A stretch of DNA of 64,000 bases from Candidatus Fraserbacteria bacterium (GTDB lineage: Bacteria; Bipolaricaulota; Bipolaricaulia; RBG-16-55-9; DRXL01): assembly GCA_947085185.1 (NCBI GenBank), contig CAMTVK010000002.1, positions 128,001-192,000 on the forward strand. The letters run 5' to 3'. Below are positions 10,499 to 20,553 of this stretch, piece after piece. Each line of letters starts with the position of its first letter. The first letter of the stretch is position 1. The position numbers and the translations under genes are program-made. Below the pieces are notes generated by a model. The model was given only the letters and a program-made list of their open reading frames with translations. It was not told where the DNA came from and searched no databases.

Positions 10499-11464
10499 TT
10501 AGGACGGCATTGTCAGAATCAATAAGCCGACGACGCCGCGCAGGTCCGTGCGCACCTCAAAATTGAGCACACGCCCGGCGATCTTTCGGTCTACAAGCTC
10601 AGCACGATAGAGATCTTGTGCCAAGTAGCTGCTCTTGCCCGCCAAGATATGAGTAAGCGCGGCTTGGGCCGCACTCTCAGAGGAAAAGCGAATCTCGAAG
10701 CGCACCCGCACCGTCGTGCCCTCGAAGAAGACCGCGTAGCTCATGGCTTCTTCGTTTGGTTCGACGGGCTTATCTTTAGTAGGGTCGGTGCGGCGCACAA
10801 ACGCGATGGCCCCACCACGAGTCGCATACGCCGCTATGAACTCATCGAAGACCCCGATGCGCCCCTTCAAACGAGCTACGATGTGCTCAGCCGAAGCTCG
10901 CAGCCGAGCTTGATTGGCCGGTCCCCCAAGCCCAACCTCCGTGCCAAACCATAACTGCCTTGCCAGGGGAATATACGCCCACTCGATGGGGATCGGCCCA
11001 AAGACTCCCCCCGTAAAGACCACGGGGATGCCGTCCATCTCGACCAAATCCCAATGGGTGTAGGGGGAGTTGGGTGCGCCCACAGCGGCTTTGAGCCCCT
11101 GCAGCGCGCCGAACGTCTGAGGGAAGGGTGCCCCGTCAATGACCGAAAAACTTGAGAGATTGGGCCCAGCCCCATGCGCCACCCACGGGAGCTTCGACGC
11201 ATCTAAACGAAAGAGCTCGATGGCCTGACGAATCCCATGGAGGGGATGACGCGCCGCTGCCAACGGCCCCATCACGCCTGCGCGCAACGTCTCGTCCCGC
11301 AACAGAAGCGCTATATCTGCAGCTAAGACGCGCGCGTATCCCGCGGGATACTGCACCACAATCTCGTCCAGCTTCACGCTAGGGGACTGGGTCCACCCCA
11401 TCCCGCCGACCCCAACGACGATCGTGCTCACTAAGGCGAGCACAACCAGCGTCCTTTGGAACAT
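10499..11464 (-). CDS. Hypothetical secreted protein
   Basis: Start re-placed at ATG 11464 (MFQRTL) after SD AAGGAGG; hydrophobic signal sequence. Confidence 0.75.
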   Translation of the reverse strand: MFQRTLVVLALVSTIVVGVGGMGWTQSPSVKLDEIVVQYPAGYARVLAADIALLLRDETLRAGVMGPLAAARHPLHGIRQAIELFRLDASKLPWVAHGAGPNLSSFSVIDGAPFPQTFGALQGLKAAVGAPNSPYTHWDLVEMDGIPVVFTGGVFGPIPIEWAYIPLARQLWFGTEVGLGGPANQARLRASAEHIVARLKGRIGVFDEFIAAYATRGGAIAFVRRTDPTKDKPVEPNEEAMSYAVFFEGTTVRVRFEIRFSSESAAQAALTHILAGKSSYLAQDLYRAELVDRKIAGRVLNFEVRTDLRGVVGLLILTMPS

Positions 11465-11475
11465 AAAATCCTCCT

Positions 11476-12072
11476 TTATTTTAGGAAGGCGCGTAACACG
11501 CGCCCGGATTCTTCTTGGAGTCTTTCCAGATCCCGCCCCGCAACCGCGGCGAAGAGCAAGCCATGGGCATACGTGCCGACAAAATCCACAAACGTCTCCA
11601 CGGAGAGCCCGCGCGCACGTAACAGCTCCGCTGTCTCCCCTCGGAGCCGGGCAAGCCACGCCCGATGCTTCTCGGCAAAGAGCCGGCGCGCCCGCGGCGG
11701 GCCTCCCCCCGGCGCCGCCAGAATCATTTGAATCACCTGAAAGAGCTCGGGCTGACGCCGATAGTGATGTAAGAGATTGCTTATGATGCGCTCTGCGATC
11801 GCCAACGGCTCTTGCACTCCCTCGGTTCCATCAAGAAGGCTCCGAAAGTACTGCTCCGCCCACGCGCAGAGCAGCTCTTCGATCAACGCGTCTTTTGACG
11901 CGAAATAATAATAGATCGTGCCCTTGCCCAGCCCCGCAGCCTGCGCGATCTCGTCCATGGTCGCTTCTTGGAGCCCCCGAACAGCAAAGATGCGCAAAGC
12001 TGCTTGCAGAATAGCTCTGTATCGCTCTTCTTTCTGCTTTTCTCGTAGCCGTTGCTCTGGGGCTTGGACCAT
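11476..12072 (-). CDS. TetR/AcrR-family transcriptional regulator
   Basis: ILQAALRIF...TMDEIAQAAGLGKGTIYYYFASKD HTH; ATG at 12072. Confidence 0.95.
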   Translation of the reverse strand: MVQAPEQRLREKQKEERYRAILQAALRIFAVRGLQEATMDEIAQAAGLGKGTIYYYFASKDALIEELLCAWAEQYFRSLLDGTEGVQEPLAIAERIISNLLHHYRRQPELFQVIQMILAAPGGGPPRARRLFAEKHRAWLARLRGETAELLRARGLSVETFVDFVGTYAHGLLFAAVAGRDLERLQEESGRVLRAFLK

Positions 12073-12109
12073 TTCGACCACTGAGTCGAATTTCGACCCG
12101 TCGGTCGAA
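12073..12109. promoter_or_regulatory. Tandem 18-bp palindromic operators (probable TetR autoregulation) next to the minus-strand promoter TTGGCA-N18-TACAAT
   Basis: TTCGACCACTGAGTCGAA (12073-12090) and TTCGACCCGTCGGTCGAA (12092-12109); -10 at 12109-12114, -35 at 12133-12138. Confidence 0.75.
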
Positions 12110-12234
12110 TTGTACCCTAAGCGCTCTGATTATGCCAATGATTTGGGTCAGGGCTGCGCATGATTCTCGTCAGTTGGCTTATAACAGGACAATATTTGCC
12201 TTCGCAGGCCGCTTCAGATAAACTTTTTTTTGAT

Positions 12235-13629
12235 ATGAAGCTGACGTTTCACGGTGCGGCCAAGACGGTGACGGGGTCGTGCACGCTCTTGCAGATTGAT
12301 AAGCTGAAAATTCTGATAGACTGCGGGCTCTGGCAGGGCTCCGAAGAGATCGAGAGCCGCAACTGGCTTCCCTTCGGATTCCCCCCAAGCAAGATAGATT
12401 ATGTGATTTTGACTCATGCCCATCTCGATCATTGCGGGCTCATCCCCAGACTCGTGCGTGAAGGCTTTTCTGGAGAGATTCTCTGTACCGAGCCGACGCG
12501 CGATCTTGCACGACTCATCTTGACTGATAGCGCCCAGCTGCAGGAAGAAGCAGCAGCTGTGCTCACAAAGAAGGAACGCCGGCGCGGCGGCAGCCCCATC
12601 CGCCCGCTCTATGAGATCGAAGACGTCCTCAATGCCCTCGATCGCTTTGGCGATCCCATCCCGCTCAACAAGACAATAGATCTTGCCAAGGGGGTCAAGT
12701 TCTCCCTGCGCGATGCTGGACATGTGCTGGGCGCTGCGTTCGTGCAATTTCGGGGCACCGAAGGGCGTAAACGCCCAAAGCGCTTGCTCTTTTCAGGAGA
12801 TCTGGGCAATGCCCATAAGCTCCTCACTCCAGACCCGGCCGAGCCTGACCCTGCCGATATTGTCATTCTAGAATCTACCTACGGCGATCGCACTCATCGC
12901 TCGATGCGCGATTCTATCGCTGAGCTCAGACAAGCTCTTCTGCTCACGTTCGCCCGCGGTGGCAACGTGCTCATCCCCAGCTTTGCCCTAGAGCGCTCCC
13001 AAGAACTGCTCGCTCTGCTCTTCCAGCTCTATAGGCGCAAGGAACTCCCTGGCTGTCAGATCTTCTTAGATAGCCCGCTGGCGAGCTCAACAACGAAAGT
13101 CTTCCGACGCTATAGCGAATACCTCAAGCCCGAGGAAGCACAGACGCTCGCGCACATCCCCAATCCGTTTGACTTCCCCGCCCTGCGCTTCGTCCGCACG
13201 CCCGAAGAGTCTAAAGCGATCAATTCTATAGCCAGCCATGCGATCATCATCGCAGGCGGCGGCATGTGCACCGGCGGAAGAATCTTGCACCATCTCAAGC
13301 ATCAGCTCTGGCGCTCGGAGTGCAGTGTCGTCTTTGTGGGCTACCAAGCCGATGGGACGCTCGGGCGCAAATTGATCGAAGGGGCCCGAACTGTTCGGAT
13401 CTTCGGTGAGGAAGTCGCCGTGCGTGCCCAGATCTGGACGATCAACGGGTTTTCCGCGCACGCCGATCAACCTGAACTCTTGCGATTTCTCACCCAAGCG
13501 CGCACCCCCCAGAAGATCTTCTTAACCCACGGGGAGATGCACAGTCTCCTCGCGCTCAAGCAAGCGATCCAGACGAGGCTGGGGGGCACCGCCCATATTG
13601 CCGATTGGAAGGAGACCGTAGAGCTATAG
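12235..13629 (+). CDS. MBL-fold beta-CASP metallo-hydrolase (probable ribonuclease)
   Basis: GAAKTVTGS, DCG, THAHLDH, AGHVLG, SGDLG, ESTYG and FSAHAD motifs; start placed at ATG 12235. Confidence 0.93.
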   Translation: MKLTFHGAAKTVTGSCTLLQIDKLKILIDCGLWQGSEEIESRNWLPFGFPPSKIDYVILTHAHLDHCGLIPRLVREGFSGEILCTEPTRDLARLILTDSAQLQEEAAAVLTKKERRRGGSPIRPLYEIEDVLNALDRFGDPIPLNKTIDLAKGVKFSLRDAGHVLGAAFVQFRGTEGRKRPKRLLFSGDLGNAHKLLTPDPAEPDPADIVILESTYGDRTHRSMRDSIAELRQALLLTFARGGNVLIPSFALERSQELLALLFQLYRRKELPGCQIFLDSPLASSTTKVFRRYSEYLKPEEAQTLAHIPNPFDFPALRFVRTPEESKAINSIASHAIIIAGGGMCTGGRILHHLKHQLWRSECSVVFVGYQADGTLGRKLIEGARTVRIFGEEVAVRAQIWTINGFSAHADQPELLRFLTQARTPQKIFLTHGEMHSLLALKQAIQTRLGGTAHIADWKETVEL

Positions 13630-14466
13630 CGAAAAGCCCTGCAAATGCCCGGATTGCTTGAGCTTGTGCAGTGCCAGCTCTTCGATCTGGCGGACGCGCT
13701 CACGGCTTAAGTTCAAAGACATCCCGATCTCAACGAGCGTTCGAGGATGGTTGTCTTCCAAACCGTAGCGCAACACGAGAATACGGCGCTCGCGCGCATC
13801 GAGCTCCGCGAGCGCTCGCTCGAGCCTCTCGCGGTGCACTGTGCGCAGGGCCTCGACCTCTGGCGCCGCGCGGTGAGTGCTCACGCTCTCTAGCAGTGTC
13901 TCGTCGTCTTCTTCGCCTATGGGGGTATCGAGCGATGGGGCAAACGGACGCACTTGAAGCAAGCGCATCAGAATCTCCTGAGAGACCCCGATCTCGGCAG
14001 CAAGCTCTGCAGAGGTGGGCAGATCGCCGTGCTCATGCCAATGCCGCTCCTCAAGCTCGGCAATCTTTTGCAACAGCGAGACAAGATAATCGGGCACTGC
14101 GATCACCCGCAAGTGCTTCACTAATGAGCGCATGATCGCTTGGCGGATCCACCAGGTCGCATAGGTGCTGAACTTATAGCCACGGCTGGGATCGAAGCGC
14201 TCTACGGCCGTGATCAGCCCGATGTTGCCCTCTTGGATGAGATCGAGCAACGGGACGCCAAGAGCGCGATATTGAGCTGCGATGCTCACGACCAGGCGCA
14301 AGTTGGACGTGATCAAGCGTTCGCGAGCGTGAGCATCGCCCTGAGCTGCACGCTGTGCTACGGTGTACTCCTCTTCAGGGGAGAGCAAAGGGTGGCGCTT
14401 GATCTCATTGAGATAGAGCTGCAAAAAATCGTTCCTCCCGTGCTTCTCAAGCCCATCGGTCTCCAA
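13624..14466 (-). CDS. Sigma-70 family factor (RpoD/SigB-like, no region 1.1)
   Basis: LQLYLNEI, NLRLVVSIA, DLIQEGNIGL, KFSTYATWWIRQAI and SRERVRQIE motifs; TTG start after GAGGAGG. Confidence 0.93.
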   Translation of the reverse strand: METDGLEKHGRNDFLQLYLNEIKRHPLLSPEEEYTVAQRAAQGDAHARERLITSNLRLVVSIAAQYRALGVPLLDLIQEGNIGLITAVERFDPSRGYKFSTYATWWIRQAIMRSLVKHLRVIAVPDYLVSLLQKIAELEERHWHEHGDLPTSAELAAEIGVSQEILMRLLQVRPFAPSLDTPIGEEDDETLLESVSTHRAAPEVEALRTVHRERLERALAELDARERRILVLRYGLEDNHPRTLVEIGMSLNLSRERVRQIEELALHKLKQSGHLQGFSL

Positions 14467-14597
14467 GGGTTATCAACCTCCTCGCTTGGTGCGCTGTGTG
14501 TATCTTAGCGAGGAGTTTTTTGGAAATCGCTGATGGCGCTCAGGGGTTCTCGTGATCTCCGTCATAGTGCGTCATCTGAGCGTCACAATGCCTCCGT

Positions 14598-14641
14598 AGA
14601 TGATCGTAGGGGCACGTTGCAACGTGCCCCTACGATCATCT
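14598..14641. repeat. Perfect 44-bp palindrome containing a GTAG-type REP-like core (14606-14633)
   Basis: AGATGATCGTAGGGGCACGTTG|CAACGTGCCCCTACGATCATCT; the 28-bp core is identical to 60252-60279. Confidence 0.9.
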
Positions 14642-14680
14642 TGCGTTTTCCAGTAGGATTTTGGCACAATAGAGCCAGCT

Positions 14681-15772
14681 ATGGACGCTCAACGCTTACT
14701 CGAGCACTGGCAGGACGAAGGGGAATCGGCGTATCTGTACAAGATCTTAGCTGAAGGTGACCCCGACCCACGCCGCAAAAATCTCTTTCTCAAGCTCGCC
14801 GAAGTGGAGCTCCGGCATCAGCAGGCATTTGCGAAGCTCCTGGCTGAGCAGGGCGTCTCGGTAGGGGAATTTCGGCCCAGTTGGAGAGCCCGACTCTTGA
14901 GCTGGATGGCGCGGCACGGCGGCACACGCACAGTCCTGAGACTGCGCATCGTGGATGAAGCCAGCGAAGTAAAGAATTACCTGCGCGAGAAATCCAGCCA
15001 GAGCTCCAGCCAAATCGCTCAGATCTCTCAGCAAGTCGCACGCGATGAAGCCATCCACGCTGAGACCCTGATGAAGATCGTCGGCAGCGGCGGCGAGCCC
15101 TGGCACCGCATGGAATCTGGAGGCTTTCTGCGCAACGTCGTCTACGGCTTCAACGACGGGTTGACGGCGAACTTCGGGTTGGTGATGGGCGTGCTTGGCG
15201 CCCAATTCCATGAATTTATTGTGCTGTCGGGGCTCGCTGGGCTCGTAGCCGACGCGCTCTCCATGGGCTCTAGTGGCTACTTAGCCGCCAAGAGCGAGCA
15301 AGAAGTCTATCAGCATGAGATCGAACTTGAGCGCGAAGAGATCCAGCTCATGCCGGAGATCGAAGCTGAAGAGCTCGCGTTGCTCTATGAGGCCAAGGGA
15401 ATGCCTCCCGAAGCCGCCCGTCAAGCGGCCACACAAGTGATGGCTGATCCCCAGATCGCCCTCCAAGAGAAGGCCCGCGAAGAGCTGGGGATCGCGCCGG
15501 AGCTGGGCTCGCCCTTGCGCGAGGGACTACTCACCGGGACGGCCACGGCGTTTGGGGCGTTGATCCCGGTCTTGCCGTTCTTCTTCGGGAGCGGCCCCAT
15601 AGAGATCTGGACGTCGTTTACGATCAGCATGCTCTCGCACTTTGCTGTGGGGGCTGCGCGGAGTCTCTTCACGGGGCGCGGGGCGTTTCGCAGCGGTCTC
15701 GATATGTTCTTAGTCGGCCTGGGCGTCGCTGTCGTGGGGTATTTTGTGGGAATGCTCATTGAGCACTTATAA
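14681..15772 (+). CDS. VIT1/CCC1-family Fe/Mn transporter with N-terminal ferritin/rubrerythrin-like domain
   Basis: ExxH motifs (ELRH, EAIH); LRNVVYGFNDGL and ALSMGSSGY motifs; TM helices. Confidence 0.9.
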   Translation: MDAQRLLEHWQDEGESAYLYKILAEGDPDPRRKNLFLKLAEVELRHQQAFAKLLAEQGVSVGEFRPSWRARLLSWMARHGGTRTVLRLRIVDEASEVKNYLREKSSQSSSQIAQISQQVARDEAIHAETLMKIVGSGGEPWHRMESGGFLRNVVYGFNDGLTANFGLVMGVLGAQFHEFIVLSGLAGLVADALSMGSSGYLAAKSEQEVYQHEIELEREEIQLMPEIEAEELALLYEAKGMPPEAARQAATQVMADPQIALQEKAREELGIAPELGSPLREGLLTGTATAFGALIPVLPFFFGSGPIEIWTSFTISMLSHFAVGAARSLFTGRGAFRSGLDMFLVGLGVAVVGYFVGMLIEHL

Positions 15773-15851
15773 CTAACACTTGACCCAGTTGCGCACATGT
15801 GAGAGCTATCTGTATCATTATCTTATGGCAACGCACTCCTAGGAGGAGTCC

Positions 15852-17015
15852 GTGATCACAGCCTACGATGTCGAACGTCTGCGAGCTTGGCACAGCCAAG
15901 AGCATCCTATCGTAAGCTTATATCTAAACGTCACTCCCCCTCGACCGTTCGTCAGCGAACTTCGCTCGCTCATTCATCTTCAAAAAGCGCGTTTCGAGGA
16001 GAACCATCAACTTGATAAGAAGCACCTTCGTGCAATAGAAGAGCTGCTAGCTCGCCTCGAAGATCATGTGCGCAGCGTGGAGCGCCAGCTCGACAGGACG
16101 CGCCTATTGGCGATCTTTGCCAGCTCCAACGGATTTTGGCAAGAGTATCGCCTCCCTGTGGCGCTGCCCAGCCAACTAGTCGTCGACTTCGATCCCTACA
16201 TCCGGCCATTGACGATCTTGCTCGACGAGTTTGATCGGTACTGTGTCTTGGTGGTCGATGCTAGGAAAGCGCGGATCTTTTCGCTCTATCTTGGGGAATT
16301 TGAAGAACATGGGGATATGTTCAGCGACGAAGTCCCAAGCAAAGTGAGCGTCGGGCGTGGCGTGCGCTTAGGTGCGCCAGGAGTATGGGGAGCCACAGGA
16401 GAGCTGCGCATCCAACGCCATATCGAAGACCACGTCCATCGCCACCTCAAACATATAGCAGAGCGCACCTTGGAGTTCTTTACTCAAAAACAATGTGATC
16501 TGTTGATACTTGGCGGACCCGAGGACAAGACGCTCCCCTATCTTGTGGAACATCTGCATAGCTATTTGCGCGAGCGTCTGGCTGGCGAGTTCCATGCGCG
16601 CCCTGACCTGCCCGTCGCTCAGCTCAAAGAGCACGCGCTCGCCGTCGCCCAAGCGTGGGAACGTCGCTATGAAGAGCGGCTCATTGCGCGCTTGGTGGAG
16701 CGGGCTCGTGCACCCAACGGCTTGGCGGTCTTAGGGATCGAGCCCACCTTGGAAGCCCTTATGAACAGCCAAGTCCATACACTCGTGCTCCAGCACGACT
16801 TCCGTATCCAGGGTACCCTCTGCCCTCACGATCACTTTCTCTCCTCATACTTACTAGAATGCCCGCTGTGCCGCAGCCCCATGCATCCCATAGACGACCT
16901 CGCCGAGGAGATGATCGAAGAGGCGATCCATCAGAACGCTGAGATCGAACACGTCTTCACCAGACACGAGCAATTTATCCCGCACGGTGTCGGGGCGATC
17001 CTGCGCTTTCGCTAA
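15852..17015 (+). CDS. Bacterial archaeo-eukaryotic release factor (baeRF/eRF1-like) protein with C-terminal Zn-ribbon
   Basis: PIVSLYL N-domain, VLVVDARKARIF RNase-H-like middle domain, LILGGP, CPHD...CPLC and terminal GVGAILRF; GTG start after AGGAGG. Confidence 0.85.
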   Translation: MITAYDVERLRAWHSQEHPIVSLYLNVTPPRPFVSELRSLIHLQKARFEENHQLDKKHLRAIEELLARLEDHVRSVERQLDRTRLLAIFASSNGFWQEYRLPVALPSQLVVDFDPYIRPLTILLDEFDRYCVLVVDARKARIFSLYLGEFEEHGDMFSDEVPSKVSVGRGVRLGAPGVWGATGELRIQRHIEDHVHRHLKHIAERTLEFFTQKQCDLLILGGPEDKTLPYLVEHLHSYLRERLAGEFHARPDLPVAQLKEHALAVAQAWERRYEERLIARLVERARAPNGLAVLGIEPTLEALMNSQVHTLVLQHDFRIQGTLCPHDHFLSSYLLECPLCRSPMHPIDDLAEEMIEEAIHQNAEIEHVFTRHEQFIPHGVGAILRFR

Positions 17016-17029
17016 GAAGGAGGAACTTC

Positions 17030-19693
17030 ATGGCCACTCGACTCTGCGATATCTGCGGCATCCGACCCGCGACTGTCCACGTGCGCGTCGCGCGCGACGG
17101 TCAGCAAGAAGTGCTCCATCTCTGCTCAATCGATTACGCGCGGCTGCGCCGCGAACACGCGTTCTCCCCATTAGAGTCACTCTTTGGTGGGGGTCTTTGG
17201 GAAGATTTCTTTGGGGAGGAGCCCTTCCGGCGCCGTGATCGCGAAGCCGTCGACATCGACGCGTACTTGAGTCAGCACGCCAAAGAACTGCTCCAGCACG
17301 CTGCCCAAACCGCCGTCGACTTCAATAAAGACGAGATAGACACCGAGCACTTGCTCTATGCGCTCACCGACAGCGAAGTCGTCCAAGAGATTTTAAGACA
17401 ATTCAAGATCTCCCCGCAAGACATCAAGGGCTATATTGAACATAACGCACCGCGAGGGACGTTCAAAGCCGAGAAGGGCCAGACGGTGCGCCTGAGCGTC
17501 TCCCCGCGGGTGAAGAGCGCTTTAGAGCTGGCGTTCATCGCGTCGCGTGAGCTGGGACACAGCTACGTGGGCCCGGAGCACTTACTGATCGGGCTGGCTG
17601 AAGAACAAGACGGGCTGGCCGGAGATCTCTTGCGCAAATACGGGCTCACCCCCCAAGCCCTGCGCCAACAGACTGTCAAAGTTGTGGGCAAGGGAAGCGA
17701 AGAGGGACGCGTCGAGCGCGTCTCTACCACCCCGACACTCGATAAATACTCGCGCGATCTGACAGAACTCGCTCGCCGGGGCAAGCTCGACCCGGTCATC
17801 GGCCGCTCCAAGGAGATCGAGACCGTCATAGAGATCCTGTCGCGGCGCAAGAAGAATAATCCCGTCTTGATCGGCGAGCCCGGCGTGGGCAAAACAGCTA
17901 TCGTCGAGGGCTTAGCCCAGAGAATCATCAAGGGCGAGGTCCCCGAGAGCCTGCGCACCAAGAGGCTCGTCGAGCTCAATATCAATGCGCTCATCGCGGG
18001 CTCGAAATATCGAGGCGAGCTGGAAGAGCGCGTCAAGCAGGTCCTGGACGAGATCATCGCCCATCAAGACGAGCTCATTATCTTCATTGACGAAGTGCAC
18101 ACGATCGTAGGTGCAGGCGCTGTGGGCGAAGGGGGCATGGATATCGCGAATGCGTTCAAGCCCGCCCTGGCCCGCGGCGAACTCCATCTCATCGGCGCGA
18201 CGACCCTCAGCGAATATCAGAAATATATCGAGAAAGACGCAGCGCTGGAGCGACGCTTCCAGCCCGTCTTCGTCGCCGAGCCTACCGTTGAGCAGACGAT
18301 CTCCATTCTCTACGGGCTGCGCGATCGCTTCGAAGCCCATCACAAAGTCAAGATCACCGACGCCGCGATCATCGCCGCGGCGCAACTGGCCGATCGCTAT
18401 ATTACTCACAGATTTTTGCCCGATAAAGCGATCGATCTGGTAGATCAAGCAGCGGCGCGGGTGCGCATTGCGTCCACGTCGCGCCCGGCAGAGCTCCATG
18501 AGCTGGAAGCCCAGATCCAACAGCTCAAGCGCGAGCAAGAGTACGCGTCCAGCCGAAAACAGTTCGACAGGGCCAAGGAGATCGAATCGCACATTAAAGC
18601 CAAGGAGCACGAGCTGGCCCAAGCCACAGAGCGCTGGAAGAAGGCCGTCGCGTCTGGTTCTGCTGAGGTGCGCGCCGAGCACATCGCCGAGATCATCTCT
18701 AAGCTGACGGGCATTCCCGTGAGCGAGTTGACCACTGAAGAGCGCGAGAAGCTGCTCCACCTTGAAGAGAAACTTCATGAGCGCGTCGTCGGCCAAGACG
18801 AAGCAATCCGCGCCGTCAGCAATGCGATCCGTCTTGCGCGCGCCGGCCTCAAAGAGAAGAACCGCCCCATCGCGACGTTTCTCTTCCTTGGGCCCACAGG
18901 CGTAGGGAAGACCGAGCTCGCCAAAGCTCTCGCATGGGCTGTCTTCGGCGACGAAGACGCGATCATTCGTATAGATATGTCTGAATACATGGAGCGCCAC
19001 AGCGTCGCCCGGCTCATCGGCGCCCCTCCAGGCTACGTGGGCTATGAAGAAGGAGGCCAGCTCACCGAGCGGGTGCGCCGCAGACCCTATAGCGTCATCC
19101 TCCTAGACGAGATCGAGAAGGCCCACCCCGACGTCCATAATATTCTCTTGCAAGTCTTCGATGAGGGGCGGCTCACCGACGGCAAGGGGCGCACCGTCGA
19201 CTTCACCAATACTATTATCATCGCTACGAGCAATCTGGGCAGCGAGATCATCCAGCGCAACCTCACCCTCCCTCCAGAGTACAAGCGCAGCTACGATGCG
19301 CTCAAAGAAGAGCTCATGACGATCTTGCGCAGGAGCTTCCGCCCAGAATTTCTCAATCGCCTTGACGAGATCATCATCTTCCATGCGCTCACGCAAGAGC
19401 AGATCCGCCAGATCGTCAAGCTCCAACTGCAGAAGGTCGCGCAGATGGTCCAAGAACAAGGGATCACAGTGCAGTTTGATGATGCGCTCATTGAGCACTT
19501 GGCCGAGGTGGGGTACCAACCGGAGTTTGGGGCGCGGGAGCTCAAGCGCAAGATCCGTTCGGAGGTCGAGACCGAGCTCTCCAGCGCCATCTTACAGGGC
19601 ACGATCCAAGCGGGCGATACGGTCAAGGTGCGCTACGATGCCGAGGGCGCTACAGTCGTGCTCGAGAGAGTTCCCGTGGAGGTCAAGAGCTGA
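17030..19693 (+). CDS. clpG: AAA+ Clp ATPase, ClpG/ClpK-like stand-alone disaggregase
   Basis: N1 Zn-binding-like CDIC...LC with SPLESLFG; Clp N repeats; two Walker A motifs ([16 protein letters not shown]); short M-domain. Confidence 0.85.
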   Translation: MATRLCDICGIRPATVHVRVARDGQQEVLHLCSIDYARLRREHAFSPLESLFGGGLWEDFFGEEPFRRRDREAVDIDAYLSQHAKELLQHAAQTAVDFNKDEIDTEHLLYALTDSEVVQEILRQFKISPQDIKGYIEHNAPRGTFKAEKGQTVRLSVSPRVKSALELAFIASRELGHSYVGPEHLLIGLAEEQDGLAGDLLRKYGLTPQALRQQTVKVVGKGSEEGRVERVSTTPTLDKYSRDLTELARRGKLDPVIGRSKEIETVIEILSRRKKNNPVLIGEPGVGKTAIVEGLAQRIIKGEVPESLRTKRLVELNINALIAGSKYRGELEERVKQVLDEIIAHQDELIIFIDEVHTIVGAGAVGEGGMDIANAFKPALARGELHLIGATTLSEYQKYIEKDAALERRFQPVFVAEPTVEQTISILYGLRDRFEAHHKVKITDAAIIAAAQLADRYITHRFLPDKAIDLVDQAAARVRIASTSRPAELHELEAQIQQLKREQEYASSRKQFDRAKEIESHIKAKEHELAQATERWKKAVASGSAEVRAEHIAEIISKLTGIPVSELTTEEREKLLHLEEKLHERVVGQDEAIRAVSNAIRLARAGLKEKNRPIATFLFLGPTGVGKTELAKALAWAVFGDEDAIIRIDMSEYMERHSVARLIGAPPGYVGYEEGGQLTERVRRRPYSVILLDEIEKAHPDVHNILLQVFDEGRLTDGKGRTVDFTNTIIIATSNLGSEIIQRNLTLPPEYKRSYDALKEELMTILRRSFRPEFLNRLDEIIIFHALTQEQIRQIVKLQLQKVAQMVQEQGITVQFDDALIEHLAEVGYQPEFGARELKRKIRSEVETELSSAILQGTIQAGDTVKVRYDAEGATVVLERVPVEVKS

Positions 19694-20547
19694 TGGACTT
19701 TCTCTCGCTTCTATGGTTTATATTTATATTTTCCACGATGCTGCAACCGATGCTCCAGCGCCGGATGCTCGAGTGGGAACGCCAGCGCTGGATCGAACGA
19801 ATTGAGCGCCAGCGCGGCTCCCGCGTCATCGTTCTTGTCCATCGTCAGGAGACGATGGGGCTTTTGGGATTCCCCATCATGCGCTATATTGACGTGACTG
19901 ACTCCGAAGCCGTGCTGCGCGCTATCGAGCTGACTGATCCGGAGCTTCCTATCGATCTGGTCCTGCATACGCCAGGTGGATTGGTCCTAGCCGCACTGCA
20001 AATTGCGCGGGCACTGCGCAAGCATCCTGGAGGAACTCGCGTGATCGTGCCACACTACGCCATGTCCGGAGGGACACTCATCGCTTTAGCTGCAGACGAG
20101 ATCATTATGAGCCCCCATGCAGTCTTAGGGCCAGTGGACCCTCAAGTTGGGCAGTATCCCGCGGCATCGTTGCTAGCCGTCGTCCAACAGAAAGCCCCTA
20201 ACGAGATTGATGACCAAACTCTCATCCTAGCCGATGTGGCGCGCAAGGCAGCCCAACAGCTCCAAGAGGCCGTCTACGAGCTGCTTGAGGGACGGTACCC
20301 ACAAGATCAAGCACGCCAGCTAGCACGCACACTCTCCGAAGGCCGCTGGACCCATGACTTCCCTATCACGTATGAGAAGGCCAGAGAGCTTGGGCTCAAA
20401 GTCCGTTGTGACATTCCCAAAGAATTCTTATGGCTTATGGCGCTCTATCCTCAGCCCGTGCGCCATCATCCAAGTGTGGAGTATGTGCCTATTCCGCGCC
20501 AGCGCGAGGGCGCCTCGCGCCCTACACACTTTGGGGGGAAAGGGTGA
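19693..20547 (+). CDS. SDH-family ClpP-fold serine protease, membrane anchored
   Basis: N-terminal TM; HTPGG, YAMSGGT, LGPVDPQ and WTHDFPI motifs; TGATG overlap with the upstream gene. Confidence 0.9.
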   Translation: MDFLSLLWFIFIFSTMLQPMLQRRMLEWERQRWIERIERQRGSRVIVLVHRQETMGLLGFPIMRYIDVTDSEAVLRAIELTDPELPIDLVLHTPGGLVLAALQIARALRKHPGGTRVIVPHYAMSGGTLIALAADEIIMSPHAVLGPVDPQVGQYPAASLLAVVQQKAPNEIDDQTLILADVARKAAQQLQEAVYELLEGRYPQDQARQLARTLSEGRWTHDFPITYEKARELGLKVRCDIPKEFLWLMALYPQPVRHHPSVEYVPIPRQREGASRPTHFGGKG

Positions 20548-20553
20548 TCCTTC

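Noticed and set aside
17563..19000. Long antisense ORFs opposite the Clp ATPases (also 58014-58769) and other shadow ORFs
   Set aside because: Antisense shadows of conserved GC-rich genes, with no motifs or RBS
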